A model generated the notes under the pieces. It had not been told where the DNA came from, did no database searches, and saw nothing but the letters and a program-made list of their open reading frames with translations. Of a stretch of 64,000 nt of DNA, positions 1 to 13,319 are shown one piece after another. Origin of the DNA: the human T2T-CHM13v2.0 reference genome, Homo sapiens. A program made the position numbers and the translations under genes. The first letter of the stretch is position 1. Every line of letters begins with the position of its first letter. The DNA lies in the NCBI RefSeq assembly GCF_009914755.1, contig NC_060925.1; one strand, written 5' to 3'.

Positions 1-271
1 TAGCAATGTCAAGAAGTTACCCTGTATGGTCTAAAAAGGGGAGGGATTAATAATCCACCCCTTGTTTAGCATATCATCAAGAAATAACCATAAAAATGGG
101 CAACCAATAGCCCTCAGGGCTGCTCTGTTTACAGAGTAGCCATTCTTTATCCCTTTACTTTCTTAATAAACTTACTTTCACTTTGCACCACGGACTTGCC
201 CTAAATTCTTTCTTGCGCGAAACCCAAGAACCCTCTCTTGGGGTCTGGATAGGGACTCCTTTCCAGTAGCG
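1..271 (+). mobile_element. MER41A-type ERV1 LTR, 3' part (cut by window edge)
   Basis: Matches the MER41 3' half (AAGTTACCCTGTATGGTCTAAAAAGGGGAGG...AATAATCCACCCCTTGTTTAGC...AATAAA 165-170...CCAAGAACCCTCTCTTGGGGTCTGGAT). Aligns by eye to the full copy at 27060-27331. Lacks the GAS-containing segment of MER41B. Confidence 0.9.
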
Positions 272-1814
272 CATTTAACAGAAGGACAGGCTGTGCAGAC
301 ATTATTTTCGCTCCTTTCTACTGAGAAGGGAAAACACCACAATTGAGCAGCCTGCTCCTCTATAAGTGAATGAATAAGCACTTGCTTTTCATTGTGGGTG
401 AGTCAAATGGCCTGGCATATATGCAAGTAAGAACTAGAGCAGAGGCTGCTCACCTGCAAACTCACATCAGGGCTTCTGCCCGGAATTACGGTATTTTTTG
501 TTTGTGTGTGTGTTGTTGTCATTGGCTTCTTTTCATAGGGGTTTGGATGAAGCTATTTAAACACATGAGACAGCAGCCACTAGGACTGTATCTAAGAAGG
601 TAAGTGGTTTGCCCAGGGTTACATGGCTAGTGGAAGAGCTAGTCTTTACAAGAATCTTTTACATAAACCAAACCAGGTGAGGTAGGATCAATAAGAGGGT
701 GAAGTGAGGAACCGACATTTTTAAGAGCTCCATGAAATGAAGGAGCTTGGAGAGAAAATTGATAGATGGTACTTTCAGTAGCCCAGCCTCCTCCTGTAAT
801 TTCTGGCTTCACCTTTCTCTAAGCCCTCCTTTGCTCTGAGTTCTGTCTGGGCAAGTCCCAAGCTCCTGGAATGCATCTTTGCCTTCCTTATCTGGAAGCT
901 AATCACTAAATAGCAGGTGGCGGAGATTCTGGTTTTCATCCCTCTTTCTCTCTCCCTTTCTCTCTTTTACTCACTTCCTCAGGGCTATGAATTTCTGAAT
1001 CTTAAACAGGAAACCTCCCTGATTTGTTCACACCTGGAATGCCATTCTATCTTTGTTTGAAGAGTGCAGAAATTAGAGCGCGGGAGAATCAAGAGAAGGA
1101 GCTGTTGTGTGAAGAGGGAAGAGAGAGGTCAGCATTTAAATGTGAACACACACACTGAGAGGCACATATACATGCACACAGTTTAATCTAAGCTAAGCAT
1201 TCTTTCTTTCAACTCCTGCATTTCCCTCCTCATCTCCACTGCCAGCAAATGTCTTACAAGACAAAGAGTATTTACTGTGTGTCACTTCAGTTATCAACAC
1301 TCTGCACAAATAGGTTGACAGAGGAAACAGGCAAAGTACCTTTGCAGGCCCATTTGGGGTTGAAATAGCAACTAGACTGCCTAGAGGCTGCCAGATATTA
1401 GCTTACTTATTGCTCCTGCAAATGTTAGAAGCTGGCTCTTGAGAGAACCTGTCATCAACATCCCTGTCCCCGTGGGTGTCAGGAAGGTTCGGCCTTCTTT
1501 AAGGTAGGCACTGTGTCCTCATGGACTGTTCATTTTGGGAAGAACCTTGGGAGATCACCTGGTTCAAGCTCCTGGCTTTAGTCATTGTTTGTCTCTAAAT
1601 CCAGAGACCAATGTTTGTGATCTACTGACTCGTAAGCTCCCTATGAGGAAAATGGAACAAAATATTGGGCACAAAGACATAAATCTAAATGCATGGTTTC
1701 TAATCTGTGGACCCTGAGATCCCACAGGAGCACCATATTTGCATGAATCAGTGCTTATAGGTTGACCAAATAGCATGATTCACACACATATATTATAATA
1801 CTTCTAATGGTTTT

Positions 1815-1990
1815 ATTCATTCATTCTACAAATACAGTACTGCTTTGTGCCAGAAACTGTGGTAGGTGCTGAGCATATAATAGACAGGGAATAAGTCAAA
1901 CTGACTCTGCCTTCATGGAGCTTCCTGTCCAGTGGTAAAAACAGGCAGAGAGAGCTGCAGAAACACAGAGTGAAAGCAATAACTCAGATT
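1815..1990 (-). mobile_element. L2 3'-end fragment
   Basis: TTCATTCATTC tail followed by the typical antisense L2 3' end (tgtgccagaaactgtggtaggtgctg...ctgccttcatggagctt). Confidence 0.6.
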
Positions 1991-2230
1991 TGGAATATTA
2001 TATAGATAAGGTTATGATTAATAGAACTCAAATTCCTTTAAAGGTAGTAGTCTCTGTCTGCTATTAAGCATTTGCTCTACCAATGCATTCCTAAATGTAT
2101 TTTTATCTACATGACTATACATGTTTTCAGATTCAAATGTGCTCTCCTGACTAAAAAGATTGGATACCACTGACCTAAATCATCTGCTAGGATTGCCTTT
2201 TCTATCCCAGGTGAATAAATTAAATAGCTA

Positions 2231-2895
2231 TGTAGTTTTCCCTTTGCCACTGGAAGTTTCACTGAAAAATCAACTCATGAAAGGCAGATTAATAAGAGAA
2301 AAGGCATAGATATTTGTTCACATTCATGCGAGAATCACAGGGTGATTTCCCAATATCCCAGTGGGTTACAGATGCTTGTATACCTACTTCTTGAGGGAAA
2401 GAGAGATGGGACATTGTGGATGACTTTAGGGACATTAGTAAATAATTTTCAGGGCAATTCAATGGCTGTGAAGAATATACAATGGCCTGGGAGAAAGTCT
2501 GTTGGGCCCACAGAGCAGAGAGTAGTTTGTGATAAAAGTCTGCCCATGTTTGTTGACAGACTTCAGTTTTTCTTCCTGCGATATGAGTTCAGTTAATGAA
2601 AATTCAGAGAAGGGATCAGAAGTAATTGTTTTCGTCTTTGGTAGGTGTAGATCTTAGGCAGATAAGGGAATTTCAGAGAACAGCTTCATCCTTCTCCATG
2701 ATAGAAGTAAAGGATTGAGAGACAGAAGCGGGTAGAGAGGGAAAAACAATTGTTCTCCTTGGTGGGTCCGTCTGATCTTTACGTAGATAGGGGGAAAGTC
2801 TCCTCCAGCATCTGTTGATCTCAAAGGACCTTTAATTTAAAATACCCATTATACCAGGGAGCTATATTTTGGGTGAAGTTTCCTGTGCTCCTTCA
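2231..2895 (-). mobile_element. MER39/MER34-family ERV1 solo LTR
   Basis: Minus strand starts TGAAGGAGCACAGGAAACTTCACCCAAAATATAG...TATTTTAAATTAAAGG, the MER39-like 5' end. TG...CA termini, about 665 bp. Subfamily not certain. Confidence 0.7.
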
Positions 2896-3654
2896 GCAAG
2901 AAATAATATTTTACCAATATTCCAGTAACCCTCAGGGAACAATTTTTTCATAGTTCTACACTGGCTTTGCATCACTGAAAATTAATCTCAGAGTTCTCTG
3001 TACCCCATAACCCAAGAATGCTACGTCTCTGGGGAACCCTGCAGAAACCCAGAAAGAGCATGATCATTTGGTTATAAATTCCACCTCCCTAGTGGGCAGC
3101 CTCATCTCTGTCCTTGACATGGGTGAGGTTGGAGGCAAAGGTTTGTTGTTGATTTTGGTATGCTATGGAATACCAGGCCTGGAGCCACAGGACATGACTT
3201 GTTGCTCTATTAGACATGCTAAATAAGCTCCTGAAACAAAGAAATCAAGCGAAGATTAGATGGGAGGATTTTCTTGTCAAGAATTATGAATGCAAAAATA
3301 ACCCTGAAAATATAGCTATAGTTGAATAGGGGCTGGGCAAGACAATGGACAGAAAGATTTGTTAGACATAAGATCCCACTTAAATCAAAATGATCCACCA
3401 AGGCTCAGCTCCCAATGGGGTCTCTATGTGCAGATTCAAGGGTAGAAATATTGTAGGGACGTTTTTAGTATCAATTCTGCATTAGACAATGTGATAGGTA
3501 TCAAGCCTACAAATACCAATGAGATATAGTCCTTTAACTGTCTTCTTTTAGTTAAAAAAAAAAGTAATTGTCAATACTCATTAAAAATATAAATAAATAA
3601 ATAGTATTTTAAACTTTGTGACAATGGGCAGAACAGCAACAAGGAAAGCAGGCC

Positions 3655-3780
3655 AAGGCACTGGGTTTGGAGTCAAGAGATGGGTTTTATCCTGGTTATA
3701 TGTTGAATTTACTTCCCACCTTGGGCAAATCACTTCCCTATCTAATCAGTTTCCTAACCTGTAAAATGACAAAAATCACT
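3655..3780 (+). mobile_element. MIR fragment
   Basis: tttggagtcaaga...ccttgggcaaatcacttc...cagtttcctaacctgtaaaatg MIR core. Confidence 0.7.
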
Positions 3781-4859
3781 TCCACTTCCTAGTTTTATGA
3801 TTCCAGGTCCAATACAAGAAGGAATTTCTTTTAAGGGCCCCCTTAATCTGGTCAAAGTTATCCTTCCCAGCAGGGCAGAAACTTCACCTGTTTGCATTAG
3901 GCCTGGGTTGTGGGATAAGCTATCTCCTGACAGACCCCAAGAGTCTCCATCTTCCAGTCCTCCCCAAGTGACCCCATGAGAAGACGTATTAAAGGAAGGA
4001 ATTCAAAACAGTATGGCCCATGTAAAGAGTATCCTTTAGGAACAGGATCTGTTTACTTAGTGGCTGGAAACTTAAATGCATGCATTGTATACCGCCCAAC
4101 CCCCAACTCCCCACCCCCACTGCTATCATAGCCATTAAAAAAAGGAGCATAGCAGATCTCTGACAGTTAGACCTTACCCATTTTCAGCTCTGGACTTTCA
4201 CTGAGGTAATATCTTTACCTGTTGCCAACTAGACCTGTTGGTGTGTGTAACTGTTTCTTCATTCTGACTCATCACACCTTGCTTGTGGCAGCGAACCCAG
4301 GCGCCATTGTTTCCTGGTGATCTCTGGCCTACTTTTTCCCAAACGCTGTGAGGCAGCCATGGAGCCTTGTGAAAGAGATTGACTTTCTCTCAGGTAGCCA
4401 AGGGCCTTTGGGACAGCTACCTCCTGATCCCCTTTAACCCCAGGGGGAACTCTGAAGGCTGAGCCCCTCCTAAGTTACAACATAGAAGTTAGTTCCAGTA
4501 AAACTTTCCAGGCTCTGCTAATTCCATAAGGGACTCTTAAAGAATGAGAAATGGAAGCCCAAGGTCTGCATAAAATCCTACATGTGCTAAGCCCGCCAAA
4601 ATCAGTTTGTTGAGGAGAAGGAGCACAGTAGGAAGAGCTTTTGTATTTTCAATTCAGATAAACCCCAGTAAGACTAGCCATAGGGCAACATAGAACTGCT
4701 TATGGTTCCATATATCTTGCTGTATTTTCATTCCATGCCTTACCATTTAAAATATTATTTAATTATCTTTTTAGTGAGTATTGCCAATTACCGTTTTCTT
4801 TGCTAAAAGAAGACAGTTAAAGGACTATATTTTCTTGGTATGTGTAGGCTTGGTGCCTA

Positions 4860-5205
4860 TCACATTCCATTCCAAAAACATGTGCCTAATGTTTCTGGAA
4901 TGTCCTCTCCCAGTCCACAGCCTCTCTTCACTGAGCTAATTGCTACTTGTCCTTAACACTCAGCTCAAACATCACCTCCTCCAGGAAGTCTCCACTGACC
5001 TCCCCCTTTGCATTAGATGCCTGTCTTGATACATCCCCCTAAGGCGTTCTGTGTAGCTCTACCTGTGCACTTTACCATATTGTTACATATTTACCCATCT
5101 TTCTCACCTAGGCTCTACACCTTCTGTAGAACTAACTCATGTTATTCATCTTTTTTCCTCTCCATAGCTTACTACATGGCCTTGTATGTTTATTGTATGA
5201 ATAAA
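4860..5205 (+). mobile_element. L2 3'-end fragment
   Basis: ctcagctcaaacatcacctcctccaggaagtct...tgtttattgtatgaataaa, typical L2 3' end. Confidence 0.65.
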
Positions 5206-5390
5206 CAATCTGGTTCATCCACTTATTAGGTGTGTGTTCTGGGCAATTTAATTCACTTCTCTGAGCCTCAGTTTTCTCATCTATTAATTGGAAATAACAA
5301 TCCATGTCTCTTAGAGATATTGTTCATATGAAGAGGTGACATATGTAAAGGCCTTCCACAATGCTGACACATAGGCACAGAGTCAATTCA
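5206..5390 (+). mobile_element. MIR
   Basis: tctgggcaatttaattcacttctctgagcctcagttttctcatct...atatgtaaagg...gacacatagg. Confidence 0.7.
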
Positions 5391-5542
5391 CCTAGGGCTG
5401 TGGATTTGCACAGGAAATGAAGAAAAAACACAAAAGCAGCAAGCTCAGAGCAATGAAGACTCTTGCTGTCAGTGTGCAGACCCTTTCCTCCATGGATGTA
5501 TTGTCCCAACCAGCGCTCCCTTGCTGCAAGGGAGCCTGGAAG

Positions 5543-5630
5543 TCCTTTTTTTCCCTTTTTTTCCTTCCTTCTTTCCTTTCGTTTTCTCCTTTATTCCTTC
5601 CTTCCTTTCTTCCTTTTTTTCTCTCTTTTC
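5543..5630. repeat. TC-rich low-complexity tract, (TTCC)n-like
   Basis: About 88 nt almost entirely pyrimidine on the + strand. Confidence 0.85.
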
Positions 5631-6804
5631 GTAAATGAGAAACACATGAGTGAATCATTTTTATAAGTTTTCCTGGGAATCCAGCATCTCTAGCCAGAAT
5701 ATTAATAACGTGGTTACTCTGATGATTTCTCCCATTGACCCTAAAAACCTAGACATTCTCTTTTATAGGTAGGTCTCTTCAAGTGAGGTCAGCTTCTCCA
5801 GATAATTTCTGGTGATTTATGCAGACACCTTGGGGAGGAAAAAAGGAAGCAGCACTGATCTGAGCCTCCTGGAAACTCAACAAGTGGCCTGACCCTTGAA
5901 GGGTTTCTTCACCGTGTCTGGTAAAGTTTCCAAATTCTGGAGATGTGGAAGCAGAGGCACATTACCAGAAGGCCAGGTAATAAGCATGTTGGCAAGTACT
6001 ACTGCTGGCCCTGACCCACCATATCATACCACAGGACCATCCACACCCATCCCCTATCCCAAAACCACACATCCACACTCCCCACCACCACCTTAACACA
6101 CACACACTGCTCATTTCCCTCTGGAGATATGCAGGGCTCTCCATGGTCAAATGACCCTAAATCCTCTGGTGAATCAGGTTGAATCAGAGCCCATGAGTCA
6201 TCCAGAGCACATCTAACCCAGGGTTAATTTATTCAGCAATCATTAAGAAAGCAAGTTCCTACTGCCAGGTGCCGTCCTAGGCATGACAGGCTGATGTTTC
6301 TAGAACATATTTGACAGCCTTTCTCCCCAAGTCACACCATGAAGGAGAAACCATTTCAGTTAAGAATGGTGAGTCAAGAGCTTGGCATGGAGGTATTACC
6401 AAGGAAGAGATCTGTGTTGAGCCTGTGTGCAGATCCTTAGCATTTAATTTATTCTGCAAGGACACACAAGGTGGTAGGAAACCACTCCAGGGAACCCACC
6501 GAAGAGTCAAGCAAAGCAGAGCATGGGTGCAATCACAAGTCATAGTGTGGGGTGGAGAGGCAAGGATGGGGGAAGAGCAAAGAAAAGGAGGACTTCCCTC
6601 AGAAGACCTGCTACTTTTAAACTCAACCTTGGCCAAAGAACCAAGAAGCACTTTAGCAACTTCCCCATGCTCGTCTCCAAAATTTCCTAGGATCTGAGAG
6701 GTGGAGGAGAGGGAGCTCCTTACAGGGAAATGAACAGAGAGTGATGGTGGGGCCTAGTTTGGGTTAGGCAATGTGGGCTACTGTGAGGGTTTTAAAATAT
6801 AAAT

Positions 6805-7145
6805 ATGCAGAACACAGAGGGCTTTTAGGGCAGTCAACTACTTTTATGATACTATAATGGTAGATACCTGTCATTATACTTTTGTCCAAACCCATAGACT
6901 GTACAATACCAAGAATTAACCCCAGTGTAAACTCTGAACGTTGAGTGATAAGGATGTGTCAGTGTAGGTTTATCAGTTGTAACAAATGGGCCCCTCTGTG
7001 GGGGATGTTGATAATGGGGAGGCCATGCATGTGTGAAGGCAGGGAGTAGAGGGGAAATCTCTATACTTTCCATTCAATTTAGCTGTGAATCCACAACTTT
7101 CCTAAAAACTAAACTATATTAAAATAAAAAATCTTAAATAAAAAA
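6805..7145 (+). mobile_element. L1MC-type LINE 3' end
   Basis: tgatactataatggtagatacctgtcattatacttttgtccaaacccatagactgtacaa...gggaaatctctatactttc, ending in an A-rich tail. Confidence 0.8.
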
Positions 7146-7195
7146 ACCACATGTCTGCAAATTATATGACAATCCCCTTAGAGAGAGGGAAGGCC

Positions 7196-7503
7196 AGCTG
7201 GGCACAGTGGCTCATGCCTGTAATCCCAGCACTTTGGGAGGCTGAGGTGGGTAGATCATGAATTCAGGGGTTCGAGACCAGCCTGGCCAACGTGGTGAAA
7301 CCCCATCTCTATTAAAAATACAAAACATTAGCCAGGCTTGGTGGTGCATGCCTGTAATCCCATCTACTCAGGACACTGAGGCAGGAGAATCACTTGAACC
7401 CAGGAGGTGGAGGTTGTAATGAGCTGAGATCACACCATTGCACTCCAGCCTGGGCAACAGAGTGAGACTTGGTCTCAAAAAAAAAAAAAAGAGAAAGAGA
7501 CAG
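7196..7503 (+). mobile_element. Alu (AluS, Sg-like)
   Basis: Full dimeric Alu with A tail; target-site duplication AGAGAGAGGGAAGGCC at 7180-7195 and 7504-7519. Confidence 0.97.
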
Positions 7504-7524
7504 AGAGAGAGGGAAGGCCTATAG

Positions 7525-8015
7525 CATTTCCCCTTGTATCTGAGCAAGCTTCTAACTTACTTGTAATCAAAAGAATGTGGCAGAAGTAATGCTCCATGAC
7601 TTCCAAAGCCAAATGGTAAAAGACCTTGCAGCCTCCATCTTGTTCTCTGGAACATTTGCACTTGGAGTTCTGAACCCCAAGCCACGGTGTAAGAAATTCA
7701 ACTGCCCTGAAACCACAACTACAATGAAAGGAATCTCAGGTGTCTGGAGCAGCCATGTGTAAGAGTGCTGAAGGTCACAGCTGAGTCCTACCCCAGAGCC
7801 AGCATCACCTGACTGACTTGTGAATTAATCAACATTTCATGATCCCACTCTCCCACAGCCTTGAATTCCCCACAGCCTTTGAGTCTTCCTAGTTGAGGCT
7901 CAGATGTTGTGGAGCAGAGGTAAGCAGCCCCTGCCATGCCCTGTTCAAATTCCTGGCCCATGAAATCTGTGAGCCAAAAAAAAAAAAGTTATTTTTATGT
8001 TTTATGCTCCTAAGT
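7525..8015 (+). mobile_element. MLT1 (MaLR) LTR, MLT1G/H-like
   Basis: agaatgtggcagaagtaatgctccatgacttccaaagc...gagcagaggtaagcagcccctgccatgccctgttcaaattcctg. Confidence 0.7.
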
Positions 8016-8174
8016 AGATGCAAACTGTAGTGACTTGCAGGGCTTCCTTGATCCAATGATGAGGATTGGGGGTGTTGGAGGGTGACCTGTGTCAGAAAAA
8101 GGAGAAAGAGGAATGCACAGACCAGGCCATGCCACTATGGAAGACAAACAATGATCTGAACAGTGCTATTTGTA

Positions 8175-8533
8175 CAGACGGTCCACAACTTATAATGGTT
8201 TGACTTACAATTTTTTGACTTTATAATGACACGTAAGCAACATGTGTTCAGTAGAAACCATACTTCAAATATCCGCCTACCATTCTGTTTTTCACTTTCA
8301 GTTCAGTATTCAATAAATTACATGAGATATTCAACACTTCGTTATAAAATGGGCTTTGCGTTAGATGATTTTGCCCAACTGCGGGCTATGTCCTTGTTTG
8401 TTGCACGAACATTGTTCAAGTATGTTTAAGATACGTTAGGCTAAGAGATGATGCTCAGCAGGTGAGGTGTATTAAATGCATTTTCAAACTATAATATTTT
8501 CAACATACCCCGTCATAAGTTGAGGAGAGTCTG
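8175..8533 (-). mobile_element. MER47A (TcMar-Tigger MITE), near full length
   Basis: Terminal inverted repeats CAGACGGTCCACAACTTA / TAAGTTGAGGAGAGTCTG, TA duplication on both sides, internal match to MER47A. Confidence 0.88.
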
Positions 8534-10559
8534 TACTATTTGCTTTTTTGAGGTGAAAATGGAACCTCATGTAAACACATTTCACGAAGGATCCCTGGGC
8601 CTGGCCTCTGGCATCACAGCCTTGCAGTGGTCACTGGGGATGCACACAGCCTCTCTTGACTGCTACCCTAATCAACAGCAGACAGGAGCCTCCTCCTCTT
8701 CAGAGGCCCTTCCCGTGGTTGGAAGCCAAACAACTTCATAGTGGGACATCTGTCTATTTCGCATAGGCTCCTTGGAGAAATGCTGGTGGACAGGATTTGA
8801 AGACTTGCAGTCAGGAATTCATTCCTCCCAGCAGGGGATGGGGGCTCAACTCCTGGTGACTCAGACCCTGGCAGGGGCTTCTGCCACTTCTTGCTTGTTC
8901 CCTCACCACCTCCCAGGGGTTTTTTTAGGTGATGACAAAGATTGTGTCTCCCCAAAAGGTATCCCAAAAACTGCCCTGAGATCAAGTTTTTAAGTTGTCA
9001 TCTTAAAAAGTTCTTTTAAGTTGTCATCTTAAAAGAGACCCTAGTCAGCCTGGGAGTGCTGGTTTACATTTAGCTTCAGGGAGTTCCTTGTTGCAGAGAG
9101 CTCTCTTTATTTACTCTTTGTCTTTCTGTTATTTCCACTACTTGGAAAAAAGACCCACCTTCTCACCCCTACCCTTCCCACCATACCTCTAAGAATATTT
9201 GACTTGTTTAAACAGCCACTCATTAGAACTCAAGTTCATTTTAAGAAAAGCCTTTGACATCCTCATTCTAGGAGGAGAGGGAGGATGCACTCGATAGGCT
9301 CAGTGGGCAGGTCACAGGTAGGGAGCATCCAGGACCTCTGGAGTCCTTGGGACAGGCATGGTTAGACTCCATACATTCAGTGGAGAAGTGGAGGGTGGGT
9401 CCGCATCTGCGGGGCTTACCCATTAACCTGTGTCTTGGTTTTCTGAACAGCTCCATTTTTTACAGGTCCACCTGTGTTGTCAGAGGCCTTGTTATCTACT
9501 TTGGTTCACTCTGATTTTAATTGCCTCCTCTAACTTGGTGGGTGAATCGGACCTGAACTTACAGACTATTTGAATCAGAAGAGCCCTTAGAAATCACCTA
9601 GATCAGCCTTCAGAAAGGAAAAGTGACCTGTCCATGGTCACACAGCAATAGTTCTTCAGTGTCAGAGCTAGGACTAGAAATAGGGCCCCTGGCTTCCAAA
9701 CCAGGGCTCTGTATTGTGCTCTCAGACTCCCCAGATGGGCTGCTTACTGGAGAGGATGAAGGAATTCAGAGAACATGCTTGAGATCAACCAATCACAAGA
9801 CTTCTGCTGCCTGAGGTCCTGTTTGCCAAAACCCCCACTCTTTCTTCCTCTTCCACAGCCCAATCCCAGCCACCTAAACCTCTAGAATATTTTGGAGCTG
9901 AGCACAAACAAGCTGCTAAGGCAGTGTTCTATTCTTTAGGCATTCTTGAAATTACAATTTCTGCTTATTTTAGAAATTAAGACTTTCCCACCCACCTCTC
10001 TTTCTCCTCTTTTTATTCTCCTCCCAACCCTGGCTCTAAATTCATGTCTGCTTTTCTGTTTCCCTGGCTCATAACATATTTCACATGGCCAAGCTGCCAT
10101 AAAGAATATTTCCTACAAATGCAAACACTGTACTTGGACATACCAATGAAACTTAATTTCTGTCAATGTGCTGTTTGGGGAGTTTTTCAATAAACCATAT
10201 TCCTTGAACACATTTTGGAACAAACTGAAATACCAAGAAAAGAAGAACATGGTTATTTGCAGACAATGGAGGGACCACTTCAACATAAATATTGTAATAG
10301 ATGGACAGATTGTCCTATATTATAGCTCTCTGTGTAAGTATCTATTTTTTTCCCACTGGAATTGACTCCTCAAGGGTTTATATCATTTCTGTTTCAATTC
10401 CACATCCCTCACAACTCCAAAGTTCTTTTCATATATGAAGGCCTCTATACATGTTTATTAAATTTAATGTTTTTTAAATGTAGTGAGGGCATACTATGCA
10501 ACGTAGGCAGAATGGTAGATGTTTTCATGGCTTTAAAAAAAGTTGATCCCTATGGCCAT

Positions 10560-11095
10560 CCTGTATCAGTTATTTATTGCCTCAATAATGACATTTTATA
10601 AACCACCCAAAAGCTTAGTAGATTAAAACAATAACCTTCTATTTTTTTTTTTGTGGGTCTACATGTTGGCTGGCCAATTCTGCTGATCTGCATTGGGCTC
10701 AGCCAATCTTCATGAGGGGTGTTCATGCATCTGCGGTCAGCCGGAGGGCAGATGGGGGAAGTTGATCTAAGATGGCCTAACATAGAGCAGCTGGAATGAT
10801 TGGGGCTTCTCCTCACATGATTTTTTTTTTAATTTTCCAGCAGACTATATTTACACTCATGGTGAAGAGAGCAGGGTTTGAAAGAGCAAATGGAAACATG
10901 CAAGACATTTTGATGCAAGGCTTAGAACTGGCACACTGTCACTTGGACCACACTTTTTTGGCTAAAGAAAGTCACAAGGCCAGTCCCAGATTCAAGGGCT
11001 GGGGAAATCAAATCCACCTCTCAATGCAAGGAGCAACAACTCATACCACAATAGGTTTAAGAATTACAGCCATTTTTGCAATCAATTCACTCATA
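10560..11095 (-). mobile_element. MLT1 (MaLR) LTR
   Basis: aaccacccaaaagcttagtagattaaaacaataa...agaactggcacactgtcactt...aagtcacaaggccagtcccagattcaagg. Confidence 0.7.
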
Positions 11096-11134
11096 AGTTT
11101 AATTTTAAGATGAAAAAATAGGTCAAAAGTTTTA

Positions 11135-11270
11135 TGAAAAATGTTATAACACTGGATTATGGTGATAGTTGCACAACTATAAATTTACCAAAAATCATTG
11201 AACTATACCCTTACAATGACTGAATTTTTTGATATGTAAATTATCCCTCAGTAAAGCTATTGAACAAAAC
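11135..11270 (+). mobile_element. L1M 3'-end fragment
   Basis: ggattatggtgatagttgcacaact...aatcattgaactata...tgtaaattatccctcagtaaagct. Confidence 0.7.
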
Positions 11271-13319
11271 CTGAAACTATTTGTAAAACTTTACTGAAGA
11301 TCATTTAAGTCATAATTGCCCAAATCTGCATTTAAATTCAGGAATTCTAGCATGAAACTCGGTAATCCTTCCATTGCAATACATTGTATCATACCTAAAG
11401 CATTAGATTCTCAGAATCAGAGAATCTAGGAACTAGAAAGAACTTCTGCAGGTTACTTAGTCCGTCCCTCTTTCAAGCAGTTGAATGTGTAAAGCATCTA
11501 GTGCAGGTGCATAAGACCTCTCTTGGGTTGAAAAATAGGAACAGCTCTACAGGAAACCTGAGCCAGGTGAAAAATATGTCTCATCTTCTCATGTGGGATC
11601 CAGTATAGTTAATACTGGAAGAAAAACTTGAACCACTGTTCTTTCCAGAAACAGAAAATACAGACAATTCTTTTGATTTTACTTCTTTCATTTCATGATG
11701 AACTCGTACTGAGTAGCCAGGATACCACAGGTACTCAGATTCTAGTATTAATAGCATTAGCATTTTTCTTCCATTTTAGTACCCAGAGTCCAAATCTAAA
11801 TGTCTTCTTTAGGGCTGAAAGTGGTCATATTCAAATTAAAGGTCACCCAAATAACTTCTTTTGTGGGTTAAAATCTCTGACATGAGGACTCTAGGAAGAA
11901 GAACAGTTTTTTAAAAGGTGGACATGTACAATCTGGTCCTTCTATTGAAAGCCTTAAGGGGTCTGTGAAGATGATGAACAAATGGGAAGTGTTCCAGTTT
12001 TATCCTATAATTCGGACTTGTTTCTGGAGGGAAAAAAAAAAAAAAGTAAAATCCGGAGGAGATGCATCCAAGCTCTCCATAAACAGAGCTTTGAAGAGCA
12101 AATTGAGCGGCTTTCATCAATCACACACAGACCACAGCAAACACAGCCCGAGGAGAATCACTCACCCAGTGTCAGGCAGGGTCAGGCAAACGTTATCAAA
12201 CGCTCTTTCAAGCTATTATGAACCAGAATCAGAGGGAGAGAAGGAAGTAGAGGAGTGCCAAAAATAAGATCCCGAGGGGAAGGGAGGCAAATAAGGCAAG
12301 AAAGAGATGCAGTGGCAAAGAGGATGTGGAGGGAAGAGAAAGAGAGGAAGAAAGAGTGAGGAAAAGACACAGGAAAATATATAAGTAGGTAGCAAGACAC
12401 AGAGAGCAGAAGGGAAGCAGAGAGAATGGCGCAGCAAAACAGAACAAAAGTAAATCAACAGCAGCAAAAGGAAAGCTGGAAAACAAGGTGGAGAGAAATA
12501 ATCTTTCCCCATGGGTGGGGTGGAGGCCACACTGGCAGCCATCTGTCCTGAGGATATGTCATCTACGTGACCTTTCATTGAAAATTAGCCAAAATAGTTC
12601 AAGTTTCTGTGTATAGAGGAATATCATCATGTCTCAGTGAAAGGAAAGAAAAAGCAAACACTTCAATCATCTTCCTCTCCAGCTCCCCAAACTTATTCAC
12701 TAGGAGGGACTATTTGATCATTCTGGATGGTTTCACTCAGGACCTGAAAATGAGAACAGCCATTAGAAACCAGCTCGATGCCCACCCAATCCCCCACAGG
12801 AGTGATTTTACCTTTTATTACAACAAAGCTCAGGCAGTCATATACCCACTCAAGTTGTAAATCTGCCTTCTTCACAGATCAAGTTCGATTTTCCAACTAA
12901 TTAGAGAAAAACAAACCCACTCCTGGGTCAAAACCAAGCAAACATCCCCATCTCTGTATAGGACCTGGCTCTGTCTTAATTAAGAGGTAAGGGCCTGGGT
13001 GCCTGGGTGTTCCTTGGGGAACTTTGAGGGGCCAGGGGTCAGCAGGAGGGCAACCAGTGCAAGAAGAGAGCCAGTGCACCAAGGAAAATAAATGAGGAAT
13101 GGGAGATAGAGGAGCCTTCTCCAAAACAAACTTTGCTAATTTACACGCTTACTCCATAAGAAGATATTGCAAATGGCAATGCATGAAGAGACAGAGTCCT
13201 CAAGACAGCCTAACTATTGGTACACCCTGAATATCAGTTACAATTAGGCGAGGTACTAGGAGCCAGTTGATAGTGGCTCCCAATTCTTAACTGAAGAGTT
13301 CAGATAGGAGCTGAGAGAA

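Noticed and set aside
2624-2797. Degenerate direct repeat (aattgtt...ttggt...gatctt...agata.ggg.a)
   Set aside because: Lies inside the MER39-like LTR and is probably part of its consensus structure.
4188-4205. Possible 18-nt micro-exon (ttttcAG|...GAG|GTAATA)
   Set aside because: Short pyrimidine tract and no supporting context; such site pairs are frequent by chance.
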